Of a stretch of 64,000 nt of DNA, positions 1-10,686 are shown in pieces. A program made the position numbers and the translations under genes. The notes below the pieces were generated by a model. It did no database searches and was not told the origin of the DNA. It saw only the letters and a list, made by a program, of their open reading frames with translations. The DNA is taken from positions 32,001 to 96,000 of IMG/VR virus record IMGVR_UViG_3300038300_000071; one strand, 5' to 3'. Origin of the DNA: a virus. Its lineage: Duplodnaviria; Caudoviricetes. How positions within the stretch are numbered: position 1 is the stretch's first letter; the number at the start of each line of letters is the position of its first letter.

Positions 1-80
1 AAGACGACCACTTACCTACGGAAGGTGAAAAAATTGACTTAGTTCTTTTCTCAAAAGATGTTTTTGACAAAGCGGTTGAG

Positions 81-548
81 ATGGGTAAAAATGTTAAGTG
101 GTGGGATGGAAAGAAAATAAGCGACAGGCTGAGGGGGAATATTAAGACTGTATTGGTCGAGATAGAGAATATACCAGACAAGGATGACTTTATCAGAATG
201 TGGAAGTTTCAAGACATGGTTCGAGATGCATTTATGAAAGGTTACGAATGGAGTCATAATATCGACGATATAGTTTTATCACCAGATAGTTCTCATTCCG
301 AGAAGGAGGGAATTATGGAAGAAATGTTCTCCTTTCGCTGTTTTTTATATTTCATGGAAGAAATGAGATTGAGTATTGGTTTTCCGGTGGGAAAGGGAAG
401 TCAGAGTGATAACTTGGAGTCTCAGGCTGAATTCTATAAGTTTGCGTGGAAGAGATCTGAAATCAAGGCTTGGGAGAATAGGTGTAATATTTATAGGTGG
501 GACTGCGAAGAAGGAGCGCTGTTTGTAGGAGAGACGGAGGAGGTATGA
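81..548 (+). CDS. hypothetical protein
   Basis: 155 aa ORF on the dominant coding strand. Confidence 0.6.
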   Translation: MGKNVKWWDGKKISDRLRGNIKTVLVEIENIPDKDDFIRMWKFQDMVRDAFMKGYEWSHNIDDIVLSPDSSHSEKEGIMEEMFSFRCFLYFMEEMRLSIGFPVGKGSQSDNLESQAEFYKFAWKRSEIKAWENRCNIYRWDCEEGALFVGETEEV

Positions 549-1262
549 ATTGTGCTTGCTGTAAATACTTAAAAGAAGAGAGGATATTCTTTTCTAGCAT
601 ATTTGTTTGCGACAAATGTGACAAGTCTCAAAAAGGAAGAGAAGTGGCGTGTTATTACTTTGCAATTTCCAATACGAGATTTATTAAGTATGCAATAGTT
701 CCAATGTTAATAGTTCATGGTTTTATATCTCCTGATGGATTTTTATGGCTTCCAATTATTGTTAATATAACTTTGGGATTTTTCATTATGCCAAAGGTGG
801 TAAGGGTAAGTCTTCCAAGCAGAGAGGAAGTGTCGGACGAAATATTAATGGCCAACCTGCAGGATTAGCGTGTTTGAATTGTAAGTAATATTTTATTGAT
901 AAACTGCTCTTAATGAAGATGTGTTTGATCTTAACTTAGGACGGAGAGAAGCTATGAATGAGGATTCCTTTAAAGAAAACGAAACAAATACGGAAATGTT
1001 CTATACAGATCTAAAGTCAAAAATAGATTATCATTTAATTGAAAATGATTTAACATTTGCCGAGGTTATTGGAACCATTGAGATAATAAAGCAAGAGATA
1101 TTGGGTCAAATGTATGAGGATACCTTCATTATGGAAATGCTTGATGAGGATGACGATGACTTTGAGGATTATTAAGGGGATCGGCCATAATTAGAAATAA
1201 ATAATTTTTTAATATTTATATGTTTGTATGACAATTTAATATATTTAAGGGTAGAAAAGACT

Positions 1263-2150
1263 ATGGATAAGATAAAAGCAGCGAGAGAACTTCTTAAAAT
1301 TGCCAAAGATTTAGAGGCGTATGAGTTTCCAAATCAAAAAGAATTGGTTAAGTACTTGCATGAGCATCCGGCTGCAAGGCCAAGCAAGCATACTGTAAAG
1401 AGAACTCCTAAAAAGAACAGGCTTCCAGACCAGTTGAGAAATCCTGACAAGGATAGGCATGAAGAGTACAGCAAGCTTGAGCATAAAGATTTAGATAAAG
1501 ATAAAGTTAAGAAGATTAGAAAGAAGCTTAAAAACCTTAAAGATAGAATTAAGAAGGTTGATGACCGCAACGATAAGATTAAAAAGAATATCAAAGATGA
1601 AAAGCCAGTTGAAGCTCCTCCAGTTGAGGAAGTGACTCCTAAGCTTAATAAATCCAGATATACTCGCTCAAAGAATAAGCACATTAAATCCTATTCCAAT
1701 TATAATTTTGATGCAGATCCTGATAAGAAAGAATCTCCTTGGAAGGATATGGATTGGAAGAAGTATACAAAATTTGCAAAACAGGCTACTCATATTGCGC
1801 ATGCACTTCTTGATGAGCATGATTTTGACGATGAGGCAATGAATGATATTAGAGAGACTAGAAAGAATAGATTTGGAGCAAAGTCTACTTTAACTCCTCA
1901 AGAAATCAAACAGAAGTATATGGACAACATGAATCTTAAAAACTTTAGCAGTCCAGAAGCTTTAAAGAATGCTAAGGAAAGAGTTAGTAAGATGAGTCCA
2001 GCAGACTTCTTGATTGTTTTCAGATCAATACTTGCCGAGGAAGAAGATGAGGAAGGTGTTATTCAGAATATGAAGAACATTAAGAATAATCAACAAAAGT
2101 TCTTGAGTAGTCCTCAGTGGAGCGGTGAATCTGCCCATAAGACTTGGTAA
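1263..2150 (+). CDS. hypothetical Lys-rich protein, possibly virion-associated
   Basis: Long ORF; ATG at 1263 preferred over the track's TTG start; followed by an intrinsic terminator. Confidence 0.6.
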   Translation: MDKIKAARELLKIAKDLEAYEFPNQKELVKYLHEHPAARPSKHTVKRTPKKNRLPDQLRNPDKDRHEEYSKLEHKDLDKDKVKKIRKKLKNLKDRIKKVDDRNDKIKKNIKDEKPVEAPPVEEVTPKLNKSRYTRSKNKHIKSYSNYNFDADPDKKESPWKDMDWKKYTKFAKQATHIAHALLDEHDFDDEAMNDIRETRKNRFGAKSTLTPQEIKQKYMDNMNLKNFSSPEALKNAKERVSKMSPADFLIVFRSILAEEEDEEGVIQNMKNIKNNQQKFLSSPQWSGESAHKTW

Positions 2151-2175
2151 TATAATCTACCCGTGTTAAATTGTT

Positions 2176-2207
2176 AGGCCTCCTAGAAATGGGAGGCCTT
2201 TTTTTTT
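2176..2207 (+). terminator. intrinsic terminator
   Basis: aggcctcct-agaaat-gggaggcct followed by a T run. Confidence 0.8.
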
Positions 2208-2304
2208 GCTGATAAAAAGTTTTAAATTAATATAAAAAAGAACTGGCAATATATTTTTAGACCGCTATAGTTTATTATCTTAAAGAAAAACAAAGGATAA
2301 TAAA

Positions 2305-3141
2305 ATGAATGTAAATGGAATTATAGGCGTAAATGTTTACTGGAATCTAAAGAACGTTGGCAAGATTGGAACGACAAGATTGATTAAACTGATAAACGAT
2401 AATGGTTTTGAAGATGCGGATATTAAATTGCCATCAGACAAGACGGCTTTTTGCAGAGCTATAAAGGATTTTAATAATGCAAGAGGGCACAGGCTGTCAA
2501 GAAAGATCTCTGATAATAAAGATTGCATTGTGTATGGTATAGTTGATGAAGCTGTGAATAAAGAGGATGAAACTCTAAAGTACACAAAGGAAACCAGTGC
2601 AAGATTCGACAAGGAAACCAGTGCTGTTGAGGCAGAAGGGCCTCTCTCCAAGAGAATCTGCGACAGCTATGAGTCATATATGGATGTTTTCGTTAGAGCG
2701 GATATAAGCCAGTTTCTAAGAGTATGCATCAACAAAGCATGTGGCGTTCCAAAAAGACCTTCTGGAGGGATATATTTTGTTCCTCAGGAAAAGATTGAAG
2801 TTATAGAATCAATGGCTAAGATTGTTGAAGAGCTTCGCATTGGGAAGGTGTATATTGAGAGAATATATGACGGCCCTCAAGAGCGTGGTAATATCTGGGA
2901 ATCCTGCGAAGAGGAAATAGAGCGTGTTGTTGATGACGTTTTTTCCAATACGAAGAAAATTGGGAAAAGAGTATCTGCTCTTGAGAATCAAGAATCCAAG
3001 CTGAATCAAATGAATGATCTTATGGGTGTTTACAGAGAATTGCTTGGAAAAGAGGCAGTGGTTGAAGATATGGTTGAAAAGATTCAAAGGGCTGAGTCGT
3101 TCATAAGCGAAAAGATGAAAGAACTTTCAGAGCTGGTGTAA
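2305..3141 (+). CDS. conserved phage protein (DUF6744-like)
   Basis: 278 aa, AGGA RBS; GGIYFVP motif recalled from this family (not searched). Confidence 0.5.
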   Translation: MNVNGIIGVNVYWNLKNVGKIGTTRLIKLINDNGFEDADIKLPSDKTAFCRAIKDFNNARGHRLSRKISDNKDCIVYGIVDEAVNKEDETLKYTKETSARFDKETSAVEAEGPLSKRICDSYESYMDVFVRADISQFLRVCINKACGVPKRPSGGIYFVPQEKIEVIESMAKIVEELRIGKVYIERIYDGPQERGNIWESCEEEIERVVDDVFSNTKKIGKRVSALENQESKLNQMNDLMGVYRELLGKEAVVEDMVEKIQRAESFISEKMKELSELV

Positions 3142-3143
3142 TT

Positions 3144-4403
3144 ATGAAAATCGGCCTGCTAACCTTTCCTTGTTTGTTTGATAGCTTCTTTGATGGAGAT
3201 GATACGGAATACCATCAAATCTTGGAGCCATCAGTTCTCTATCTTGCGACTAAAAGTCATGACTGTGAATTCATTTATGACAATAAGCCAAAGGAAGGAA
3301 TAGATATCTACATTTGTAGCGTTTATACGAGAGGATATAATGAATTTAGAAGGTTTAGCGAGCTAGTTGGAAGTGATAAAATTATTGCAGGCGGATATCA
3401 TGTGACCGCCATTCCAGACCACTTTGATGGCTATGCTGATAAAATTGTTACTGGATATTGTAGCAATATAGATGAGATAATTGAAAAGCCTAAAGGGTCT
3501 TACAAGGGAGAATTTGGATTCAGCGAGATGAATAGAGATTTGATTGACATGAAAAGAATGAATCAAGTTTATCCTGATATAACTGATGAAGATGTTAAAG
3601 GTTCAATGGTGACATCGGTAGGTTGTCCATATGCATGCGAATTTTGCTCTACTCCAAATATGTCTGGAAGAAGAATGAAAGTTGGAGAGTTTGACTATGT
3701 TCACAGAGAGATTGAAAATCTTCTAGAGAAAGATGTCACAACTGTATTTCTCCGAGATGAGAGCTTTGCAACGCATCCTAAGATTAAAGAGATAGCCAGT
3801 ATTTTAAAAGACAAGTTTAGAGTTCTATACAGCTTTGGAACTTTGGGAGTCATGAGCAAGCGTGAGGATGTTGTAAAGCATCTTGCTGAATGTGGTTGGC
3901 ATAGTTTGAATTTTGGATTGGAGGATATAGGAACGAAGTACAACAAGAATCGCGATGTGATGAATGCTGTGCAAAACTGTCAGAAGTATGGGCTTAAGTA
4001 CAACATGAGCTTCATAGTTAATGATTATGGTAAAGATCAAGATAGCCTGAGGGCTAATTACAATGCTCTTTATGATTCTTTCTGTTCTTATAAGCCAAGC
4101 CAGTTAAATGCAAACTTTATGATGCCATTGCCTGCTACCGGATTGTGGGAGAGATTTGGAGATAGATTTAGCTTGGAAGATTTTGACAAATTTGATTCTA
4201 AGACTCCATTGTTTAATGACGACTTGGTTAGTTGGAACAAGCGCATGTTGGTTGCCGTGCAGTTGAAATATTATTACTCTGATATATATAATAAAGAAGT
4301 GAGAGATTTCAATTGTGGGGATAATTTAAGTAAGAGAATGTTTGAGCTTGAGGATCGCTTTGACCTGAAGGGAATTAGCCACGACAAGCTTTTAGAGCTT
4401 TAG
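3144..4403 (+). CDS. B12-binding-type radical SAM protein
   Basis: CPYACEFC (CxxxCxxC) motif, N-terminal AGGYHVT segment, FLRDESF. Confidence 0.8.
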   Translation: MKIGLLTFPCLFDSFFDGDDTEYHQILEPSVLYLATKSHDCEFIYDNKPKEGIDIYICSVYTRGYNEFRRFSELVGSDKIIAGGYHVTAIPDHFDGYADKIVTGYCSNIDEIIEKPKGSYKGEFGFSEMNRDLIDMKRMNQVYPDITDEDVKGSMVTSVGCPYACEFCSTPNMSGRRMKVGEFDYVHREIENLLEKDVTTVFLRDESFATHPKIKEIASILKDKFRVLYSFGTLGVMSKREDVVKHLAECGWHSLNFGLEDIGTKYNKNRDVMNAVQNCQKYGLKYNMSFIVNDYGKDQDSLRANYNALYDSFCSYKPSQLNANFMMPLPATGLWERFGDRFSLEDFDKFDSKTPLFNDDLVSWNKRMLVAVQLKYYYSDIYNKEVRDFNCGDNLSKRMFELEDRFDLKGISHDKLLEL

Positions 4404-4808
4404 GATGAATAGTTTTATGAAAAACTTATACACCTGCGATGATTGTGATAATACTGATCCTCTGTGGAAAATGCATAAAAGGTCTCATGGTGGATATGAT
4501 TGTCCTTTGTGCGGCGGAGAGGTATCTCTTACGTTTGTTGTGAGTGCTTCTGGCTGCCTGTGTGTAACGGAAAAAGAAAAATTGGAAGAGTGAGATTGTA
4601 TTATGGATGATAAGTATTTAGATGAAGTTCAGAAGAGATACAGAGAATTCGTAATGTCATTCAGAGAAGAGAGGATTAAAAGGGAGGGATTGCGAGAAGG
4701 AGAAAAGAAGGGCGGTGATTGACTTATTTTTCAAGCTCGTCTGAGCAGTAAATTCCCATATTAAATTTATAAATTCCCCATTGGTAACGTTAATATGGGA
4801 ATTTATTT

Positions 4809-5378
4809 ATGTGGAGTTGCTCGGACTATGAAAGACAACTTAGACCTACTGAAAAGAGATTGTTCGTTGAATCTGTATGTAGAATTGCTGATTCTATAGA
4901 GGCTGACGTCTATGGAAGTCAGCATGATGATTATTCTGTTTTTGGCAAAATGTCGAAAGGAGAGAAGTTGATATCTTTGGCCTATGTTTGCAGCTATCTA
5001 ACCAATGATATAGAATCTCCAAGTGTTCATGCTTGGATGCAGTCAACAATATCATCGGTGTTTGATTGTGTGAATGATTACGTCTACGAGGAGATAGAGA
5101 CTTTGAGCGGAAGTAAGAATCCTAAGGAGTTTAAGTGGAGGCTTCTGGTAATATCTGCATTCAGCGGAGTTTCCAATACTGATAAAATATCAAAGAACTT
5201 CAACAATGATGATTATGAAGTATGGCATGATATGATCGAAGAGGTAAAGGGCGACATAATAGATGACATTTTCAAAATATATGAGTCGTTTTGTAGAATA
5301 ACCGGAACATATGTTGGCCCAACGTCTAACGATGAGATTGTTAGGCTTGCAAGAGCCTTTTTAAAAAGTATAAAATGA
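4809..5378 (+). CDS. hypothetical protein
   Basis: 189 aa ORF. Confidence 0.6.
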   Translation: MWSCSDYERQLRPTEKRLFVESVCRIADSIEADVYGSQHDDYSVFGKMSKGEKLISLAYVCSYLTNDIESPSVHAWMQSTISSVFDCVNDYVYEEIETLSGSKNPKEFKWRLLVISAFSGVSNTDKISKNFNNDDYEVWHDMIEEVKGDIIDDIFKIYESFCRITGTYVGPTSNDEIVRLARAFLKSIK

Positions 5379-5448
5379 TAAATCCCACTTGCTTTTCTAC
5401 AAACAAAGTCTATATTGTTAAGTAAATAATATAGATAAATTAAAGAGT

Positions 5449-6126
5449 GTGGCTGATATGTATGATTGGGATTGCTGCTTTGGAATATACAAACCTCTCA
5501 AGGGTAAAAGATTCTCCACTGTAAGAAAGAACGCCAAGGGGTTGATTGATGATGTCGTTTTACTTGCAGCATTGGAGGGGGATTGTGAGAATAACATGGC
5601 AAAAAGATTCATGAAATACTGCAACGAGCAGATATATCCATTGGGAGAAGGCCAAGGGGGTAAATCAGTTGCGCTAGGACTTTGCAGCTATGTTTACAGT
5701 CAGTTGAATAAGCAAGATGTAGTTTTGGCAGAAATTTATGATTTGTTTAATCAAGTGAGTAAACATTTAAAAGGGAGTAAAGAATATAAGGATTTAGCGT
5801 ATAGTATGTCATTGACGCTTTACGATCTTTCGTATTATATTTCCTTGTCTGGATCGTGGTCAAAGTCTTCCGTGTGTAGAGATTCATTTTACAATGATGA
5901 TGACAGGAGGAGTAATTGGCCGCTAAAGCTTCCAAAGGATTTGAACATGGATGACCTTTTAAACATTGCTTGGATGCTATCAAACATGGTAATGATTGAT
6001 AAATTTCCAAAGGAAGAGACGACTGTGTCATTTCTTGGATTGATGAGGGCAAGTAGTGCCTCTCGTGAAATAATGGAAAGGGTTAAAGAGTTTTCAGAGT
6101 CTAAAAATATAAACAAAGGTAAATAG
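5449..6126 (+). CDS. hypothetical protein
   Basis: 225 aa ORF abutting def. Confidence 0.6.
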   Translation: MADMYDWDCCFGIYKPLKGKRFSTVRKNAKGLIDDVVLLAALEGDCENNMAKRFMKYCNEQIYPLGEGQGGKSVALGLCSYVYSQLNKQDVVLAEIYDLFNQVSKHLKGSKEYKDLAYSMSLTLYDLSYYISLSGSWSKSSVCRDSFYNDDDRRSNWPLKLPKDLNMDDLLNIAWMLSNMVMIDKFPKEETTVSFLGLMRASSASREIMERVKEFSESKNINKGK

Positions 6127-6573
6127 ATGAAAATACTTCAAAAGACGAATAAGAAGCTCAGAGTCACATCGGAGCCAGTTGTTGGAAAGATAACATCTGA
6201 TGTAAGAAAGTTAGCGGTTGACTTAAAGAGGGCTTTGCTCGCTTCTGGAAATGGAGTTGGCATTGCGGCAATACAGTTGGGGATTCCTATTAGAATGATA
6301 GCGGTTGCCATTGATTCAATAAAAAAACCAACTATAATGATTAATCCAGATATACTGGAGTTTTCTTCTGAGCAAGTTGTTGGGGAAGAGGGATGTCTTT
6401 CTGTTGCTGGAGAGTTTGGGCTTGTAAAGCGAGCTAAGGGTGTCACAGTCGAGTTTAAAACGTTAATGGGAGAAGTTGTTAGAATGAAGTGCGAAGGCTT
6501 CACAGCGCGTTGTATTCAGCATGAGGTTGATCATTTGGATGGAATTTTATTTATAGATAAGATGGAAAAGTAA
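6127..6573 (+). CDS. def: peptide deformylase
   Basis: All three motifs present: GVGIAAIQ, EGCLS, QHEVDHLDG. Confidence 0.95.
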   Translation: MKILQKTNKKLRVTSEPVVGKITSDVRKLAVDLKRALLASGNGVGIAAIQLGIPIRMIAVAIDSIKKPTIMINPDILEFSSEQVVGEEGCLSVAGEFGLVKRAKGVTVEFKTLMGEVVRMKCEGFTARCIQHEVDHLDGILFIDKMEK

Positions 6574-6591
6574 GTGGTAAAAATAGATTTT

Positions 6592-6633
6592 AAGATGGCA
6601 AGCATTGTTTAGACATGTTTGCCATCTTTTTTT
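6592..6633 (+). terminator. intrinsic terminator
   Basis: aagatggcaagcat...atgtttgccatctt plus T run. Confidence 0.75.
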
Positions 6634-6720
6634 GTGGTCAAAATAATTTTATAATATCTCTTTAGTAAAAGCCAGACAAACCTGGTTGATAATAAAAATG
6701 ATATTATAGAGAGAACAGCG

Positions 6721-7152
6721 ATGAAAGTTTGCGTAAGAATATTAGAATTCGATGCTGGCCACAGAGTGATGCTTCATGAGAGTAAGTGCAAGACGGCACA
6801 TGGTCACAGATTTAAGACCGAAATACATGCCAGATCAGAAAATTTAGATGGCGTGGGAAGAGTTATTGACTTTTCAGTATTGAAAGGAAAGATCGGAACA
6901 TGGATAGATGATAATTGGGATCATACGTTTATCGTTTACAAGAAAGATGTAGAAACCCACAAAGCATTGCTGATGATGCCTAGAATGAAAGATCCTTTCG
7001 TTCTTCCAACAAATCCAACCTCAGAAAATTTAAGTCAATATCTATTGGATGTTGTTTGTCCTGCGGAGCTAAAGGATACTGGAGTTGAGGTGTTCAAGAT
7101 AGTTCTGTGGGAAACTCCTAATTGTTTTGCGATAGCAGAATTGGAGGACTAA
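6721..7152 (+). CDS. queD: 6-carboxy-5,6,7,8-tetrahydropterin synthase
   Basis: FDAGH, C-x3-HGH, DFS, PTSENL, WETP motifs. Confidence 0.92.
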   Translation: MKVCVRILEFDAGHRVMLHESKCKTAHGHRFKTEIHARSENLDGVGRVIDFSVLKGKIGTWIDDNWDHTFIVYKKDVETHKALLMMPRMKDPFVLPTNPTSENLSQYLLDVVCPAELKDTGVEVFKIVLWETPNCFAIAELED

Positions 7153-7851
7153 GTGAAAATTTCAGAAATGTTCGGCCCAACGCTTCAGGGTGAAGGGATG
7201 TTTTCAGGATTCCCTTGTTTCTTTATTAGAACTTCGGGATGTAATTTGCGTTGTGGATTTTGTGACACTAAGTTTGCAAGTTGGAATCCTGAGGGAGATA
7301 ATTACAACTTAGATGATTTAATGAAAGAGATAAGTGCCAGTGGATGGGATGGTATAAAGCATGTTGTTATCAGCGGCGGAGAGCCAATGATGCAAAAGCA
7401 AATAGCAGAACTTGTGGATAGGCTTCATGGAAAAGATCACTATGTGACGGTTGAAACTGCGGGTACGATATTTAAAGAAGATGTAAAAGCAGATCTGTTT
7501 AGTATATCTCCAAAGCTTAAGAACAGCTTTCCCAATAAAGATATAAATCCAAAAGAGTTTAAGCTTCATGCAAGGAATAATACTTTTGAAAATCTTAAGA
7601 TGTTTGTTGATTCGGATTTAAATTATCAGTTTAAGTTTGTGGTAGAGGGGCGCGATGATGTTCCTGAAATAAAATCTTTAGTGGAGAAGTATGATGTGCC
7701 AAATGAAAAAGTTTTCATTATGCCTGAGGGAGTGGAAAGAGAAGTAATTCAGTCAAGGCTTTTGGAGTTGGCGGAGATTTGTAAAGAAGAGAATTGGATT
7801 CTGACGAATAGATTGCATGTTCAGATCTGGGGAAAAATGAGGGGAGTATAG
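7153..7851 (+). CDS. queE: 7-carboxy-7-deazaguanine synthase (radical SAM)
   Basis: TLQGEG, CNLRCGFCDT, SGGEP, ISPKL, RLHVQIWG. Confidence 0.93.
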   Translation: MKISEMFGPTLQGEGMFSGFPCFFIRTSGCNLRCGFCDTKFASWNPEGDNYNLDDLMKEISASGWDGIKHVVISGGEPMMQKQIAELVDRLHGKDHYVTVETAGTIFKEDVKADLFSISPKLKNSFPNKDINPKEFKLHARNNTFENLKMFVDSDLNYQFKFVVEGRDDVPEIKSLVEKYDVPNEKVFIMPEGVEREVIQSRLLELAEICKEENWILTNRLHVQIWGKMRGV

Positions 7852-7852
7852 C

Positions 7853-8278
7853 ATGGAAGATAAATATTATGTTACTTGGGATGAATATGGCAAGATGACA
7901 AAATGTCTTGGAGATATTATACTAGGAAACAAGAAGAAGTATGAAAATGTATATGGAGTTCCAAGAGGTGGAGCGCCAATAGCTGTTGCTCTGTCTCACA
8001 GGCTGGATATTCCATACATTACCAATCCAAATGCTATAATCGATCAAACATTAATTGTTGATGATATAGTTGACACTGGAAAGGAGTTGTATAAGCTTAT
8101 CAATGTATACAGTATAATAAATAAAAATTGTGATACGTGTAGTTTGTATAAAAAGCCAGATCCTCTTGTGGAGCCAACCTATTCGGTAGAAACTACCACC
8201 AAGTGGATAGTTTTCCCTTATGAGCAAGATTGCGACACGGTAAGCAATGTGATATATGATAAATCAAAAGATAAATAA
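7853..8278 (+). CDS. type I phosphoribosyltransferase (Gpt-like)
   Basis: GVPRGG, LIVDDIVDTG PRPP-binding loop, WIVFPYE. Confidence 0.85.
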   Translation: MEDKYYVTWDEYGKMTKCLGDIILGNKKKYENVYGVPRGGAPIAVALSHRLDIPYITNPNAIIDQTLIVDDIVDTGKELYKLINVYSIINKNCDTCSLYKKPDPLVEPTYSVETTTKWIVFPYEQDCDTVSNVIYDKSKDK

Positions 8279-8294
8279 AGGTTAGATTAATAAT

Positions 8295-8936
8295 ATGAAA
8301 ACAGTTTCGATTGATATAAATGATTTAATTCCAGATCCAAGAAACGCAAGAACTCATAGTAGGGCGAACGTTGAGGCTTTGAAGGCGAGCTTGTTGAAAT
8401 TTGGCCAGCAAAAACCTATTGTTGTGAATAGTGAAAATATGATTGTAGCGGGAAATAGTACGGTCTCTTCGGCAAGAGAGTTGGGATGGCAGCAAATAAG
8501 TGCCGTTGTTACTGATTTAACTGAGGATGCTTTAAGAGCTTATTCTATTGCTGACAACAAAACGTGCGAGCTTTCTGATTGGGATTACGTTACTCTTGTA
8601 GAAATATTAGAGGAACTGAGAGACGATGATGTGGATGTAGAAGTTACTGGATTTAGCATGGATGATATTGAAACTTATAAAGGAGTAGACGACTGGGAAT
8701 CCATTCCAATCGATCCCCTTTCGGCAGATTCTTTAACTTCAAAGAAAATACTAATCGAGGGGAATACTAAAATGTTTTTTGAAAGCACTCTTAAAAAGTT
8801 TGAACGTGAAAAGGGGATTCAGTTTAAAGCTGAAGATGCTTTGTCTGAGATATGTAGTGCCTATATTGATTTTTACACTTCAAGCAAAGGGTCGGAAGTG
8901 GCAAGTGAAGAAGAGGGAGAAGATCATGAAGATTAA
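8295..8936 (+). CDS. ParB/Srx N-terminal domain protein
   Basis: PDPRNARTH, FGQQKPIVV, IVAGN, IADNK. Confidence 0.85.
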   Translation: MKTVSIDINDLIPDPRNARTHSRANVEALKASLLKFGQQKPIVVNSENMIVAGNSTVSSARELGWQQISAVVTDLTEDALRAYSIADNKTCELSDWDYVTLVEILEELRDDDVDVEVTGFSMDDIETYKGVDDWESIPIDPLSADSLTSKKILIEGNTKMFFESTLKKFEREKGIQFKAEDALSEICSAYIDFYTSSKGSEVASEEEGEDHED

Positions 8937-9567
8937 AAAAATAGCTATTGACAAGTTAAAGTTTGATCCAAGAAATGCAAGACTGCATGATGGTAGAAAT
9001 ATAAGCGCAGTTATAAGGAGCTTGGAAGAGTTTGGCCAGCAGAGGCCTATTATTGTGGATGAAGACAATGTGGTTAGGGCTGGGAATGGCCTTTTGGAGG
9101 CTGCCAAAGAGCTGGGTTGGAAAGAAATTAGCATCGTCGTGACGGAGCTAAAGGGAAGCGATTTAAAGGCCTATGGGATAGCAGACAACAGAACTGCGGA
9201 GTTGTCAGATTGGAATTATGAAGTTTTAGGAGAGCATTTTTCCGAAATGGCAGAAATTGATTTTGATATTGAGTCTACTGGGTTTGAGGAATATGAGGCC
9301 GGAGTGATAATGAATGCCGCCGAATGGACTCCTGATTTATCTGACGGGGATAGCAGCGCTTCAAGCAAGGACTCATCTCCTCCTGAGAATAAGAATTCTG
9401 GTGAAAGTCTTGAGTTTTCTCTGAATGATCGTCAGTTTGGCGTATATAAGGAGGCGTTTAGAATCGTGTTGGAGAGAGAGAATTTGGAGATGTCCGATAG
9501 CGAAGTTGTTCTTCATATCTGTGAGGATTATCTAAGAAGATCGATAAAGAAGTCTATGGATAAGTAA
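8926..9567 (+). CDS. ParB/Srx N-terminal domain protein (paralog of the upstream gene)
   Basis: FDPRNARLH, FGQQRPIIV, IADNRTAELSDW; likely start ATG at 8926. Confidence 0.85.
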   Translation: MKIKKIAIDKLKFDPRNARLHDGRNISAVIRSLEEFGQQRPIIVDEDNVVRAGNGLLEAAKELGWKEISIVVTELKGSDLKAYGIADNRTAELSDWNYEVLGEHFSEMAEIDFDIESTGFEEYEAGVIMNAAEWTPDLSDGDSSASSKDSSPPENKNSGESLEFSLNDRQFGVYKEAFRIVLERENLEMSDSEVVLHICEDYLRRSIKKSMDK

Positions 9568-9587
9568 AAGTATAGTAGTTTGCGAGG

Positions 9588-9627
9588 AAGGGCGGTTGAC
9601 TTGATATTCGAGTTGGCTGCCCTTTTT
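9588..9627 (+). terminator. intrinsic terminator
   Basis: agggcggttgactt...gagttggctgccct plus T run. Confidence 0.7.
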
Positions 9628-9715
9628 GTGTCTGGGATGTAATTGTGAACAAAAGAAATATTTGTTATAAACTTGACTGTGTGATTTTATATAGTTACTA
9701 AATGTAATTTTATAA

Positions 9716-10015
9716 GTGAGATGGATTATGGGAATAAGAGAAGAAATTTCTGAGAATTATGATGGCATTGTATTTGCTCTTGGATTTGATAGGGCTTGTA
9801 TTGGGGTTTCCTATAAAGACACTGGACATGTTGCATGTTATGATATTGATATGTGTATCGAAGTTCTGATGGAGGAAGGAATGAGCGATGGAGATGCGAG
9901 GGAATACTTTGAATACAATGTAGTTGGCGCTTATATTGGCAATAGCACTCCAGTATTTATAGAAAGATTTAGTACTGGAATTTTAACGCTTTTGGGAGAA
10001 AAAGAGAATGAATAA
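9716..10015 (+). CDS. conserved phage hypothetical protein
   Basis: EYFEYNVVGAYIG motif typical of a common phage family. Confidence 0.65.
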   Translation: MRWIMGIREEISENYDGIVFALGFDRACIGVSYKDTGHVACYDIDMCIEVLMEEGMSDGDAREYFEYNVVGAYIGNSTPVFIERFSTGILTLLGEKENE

Positions 10016-10637
10016 GATAATTGATATGTATGAAATAAAAATGAAATCTTTTCAAGAGGAAAAGATTAAAAACGATTTAATTCGAATTGGAATAGAAAAC
10101 AACAACAAGAAGATAGCGACCTCGGCGGATGAGCTAAAGATAAATCAAGATGCGTTGCAGTTTTTAGAAGATTTGGCAAACAGTCGTAGGAATTCGATGA
10201 AAGGGAAGATAGAAGCTGTAATAACTGAGGCTCTTGCTTTAGTTTATGGCCCTGAATATTCAGTTGAGCTGATGTATGACATTAAGAACAACAGAAGCTT
10301 CCTTGATATAGAGTTAATCAAACAGACGGCAAACGGAGAAATTAGAAGGAATATGTCTGGTTTTGGAGGCGGAGTTTCTGATTGTATAAGCGTACCTCTG
10401 AGATTGTTAGTTCTTCTTGGGTCTAAGCAGACAGGGAGGATATGCATATTGGATGAGTGTTATAAGCATGTAGATCCTGAGAGAATTGAATTTGTTTCAA
10501 AGTTTATACAAGAGATAGCCAAAAAGCTAAACATACAGATAATTATTTGCTCTCATCATAGCGCAATGAAAGATAGTGCGGATGTAGTTTATGAAATATC
10601 TGATAATAATGGTGAATCCGTCTTGAAAGAGTTATAA
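10008..10637 (+). CDS. SbcC/Rad50-like ABC ATPase C-terminal domain protein
   Basis: Coiled coil, FGGG signature, ILDE Walker B, SH switch. Confidence 0.7.
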   Translation: MNKIIDMYEIKMKSFQEEKIKNDLIRIGIENNNKKIATSADELKINQDALQFLEDLANSRRNSMKGKIEAVITEALALVYGPEYSVELMYDIKNNRSFLDIELIKQTANGEIRRNMSGFGGGVSDCISVPLRLLVLLGSKQTGRICILDECYKHVDPERIEFVSKFIQEIAKKLNIQIIICSHHSAMKDSADVVYEISDNNGESVLKEL

Positions 10638-10686
10638 GTGGTGCTATTTTAGGAAAGTTAAGTGCTAATATTAAAGGATAATAAGA

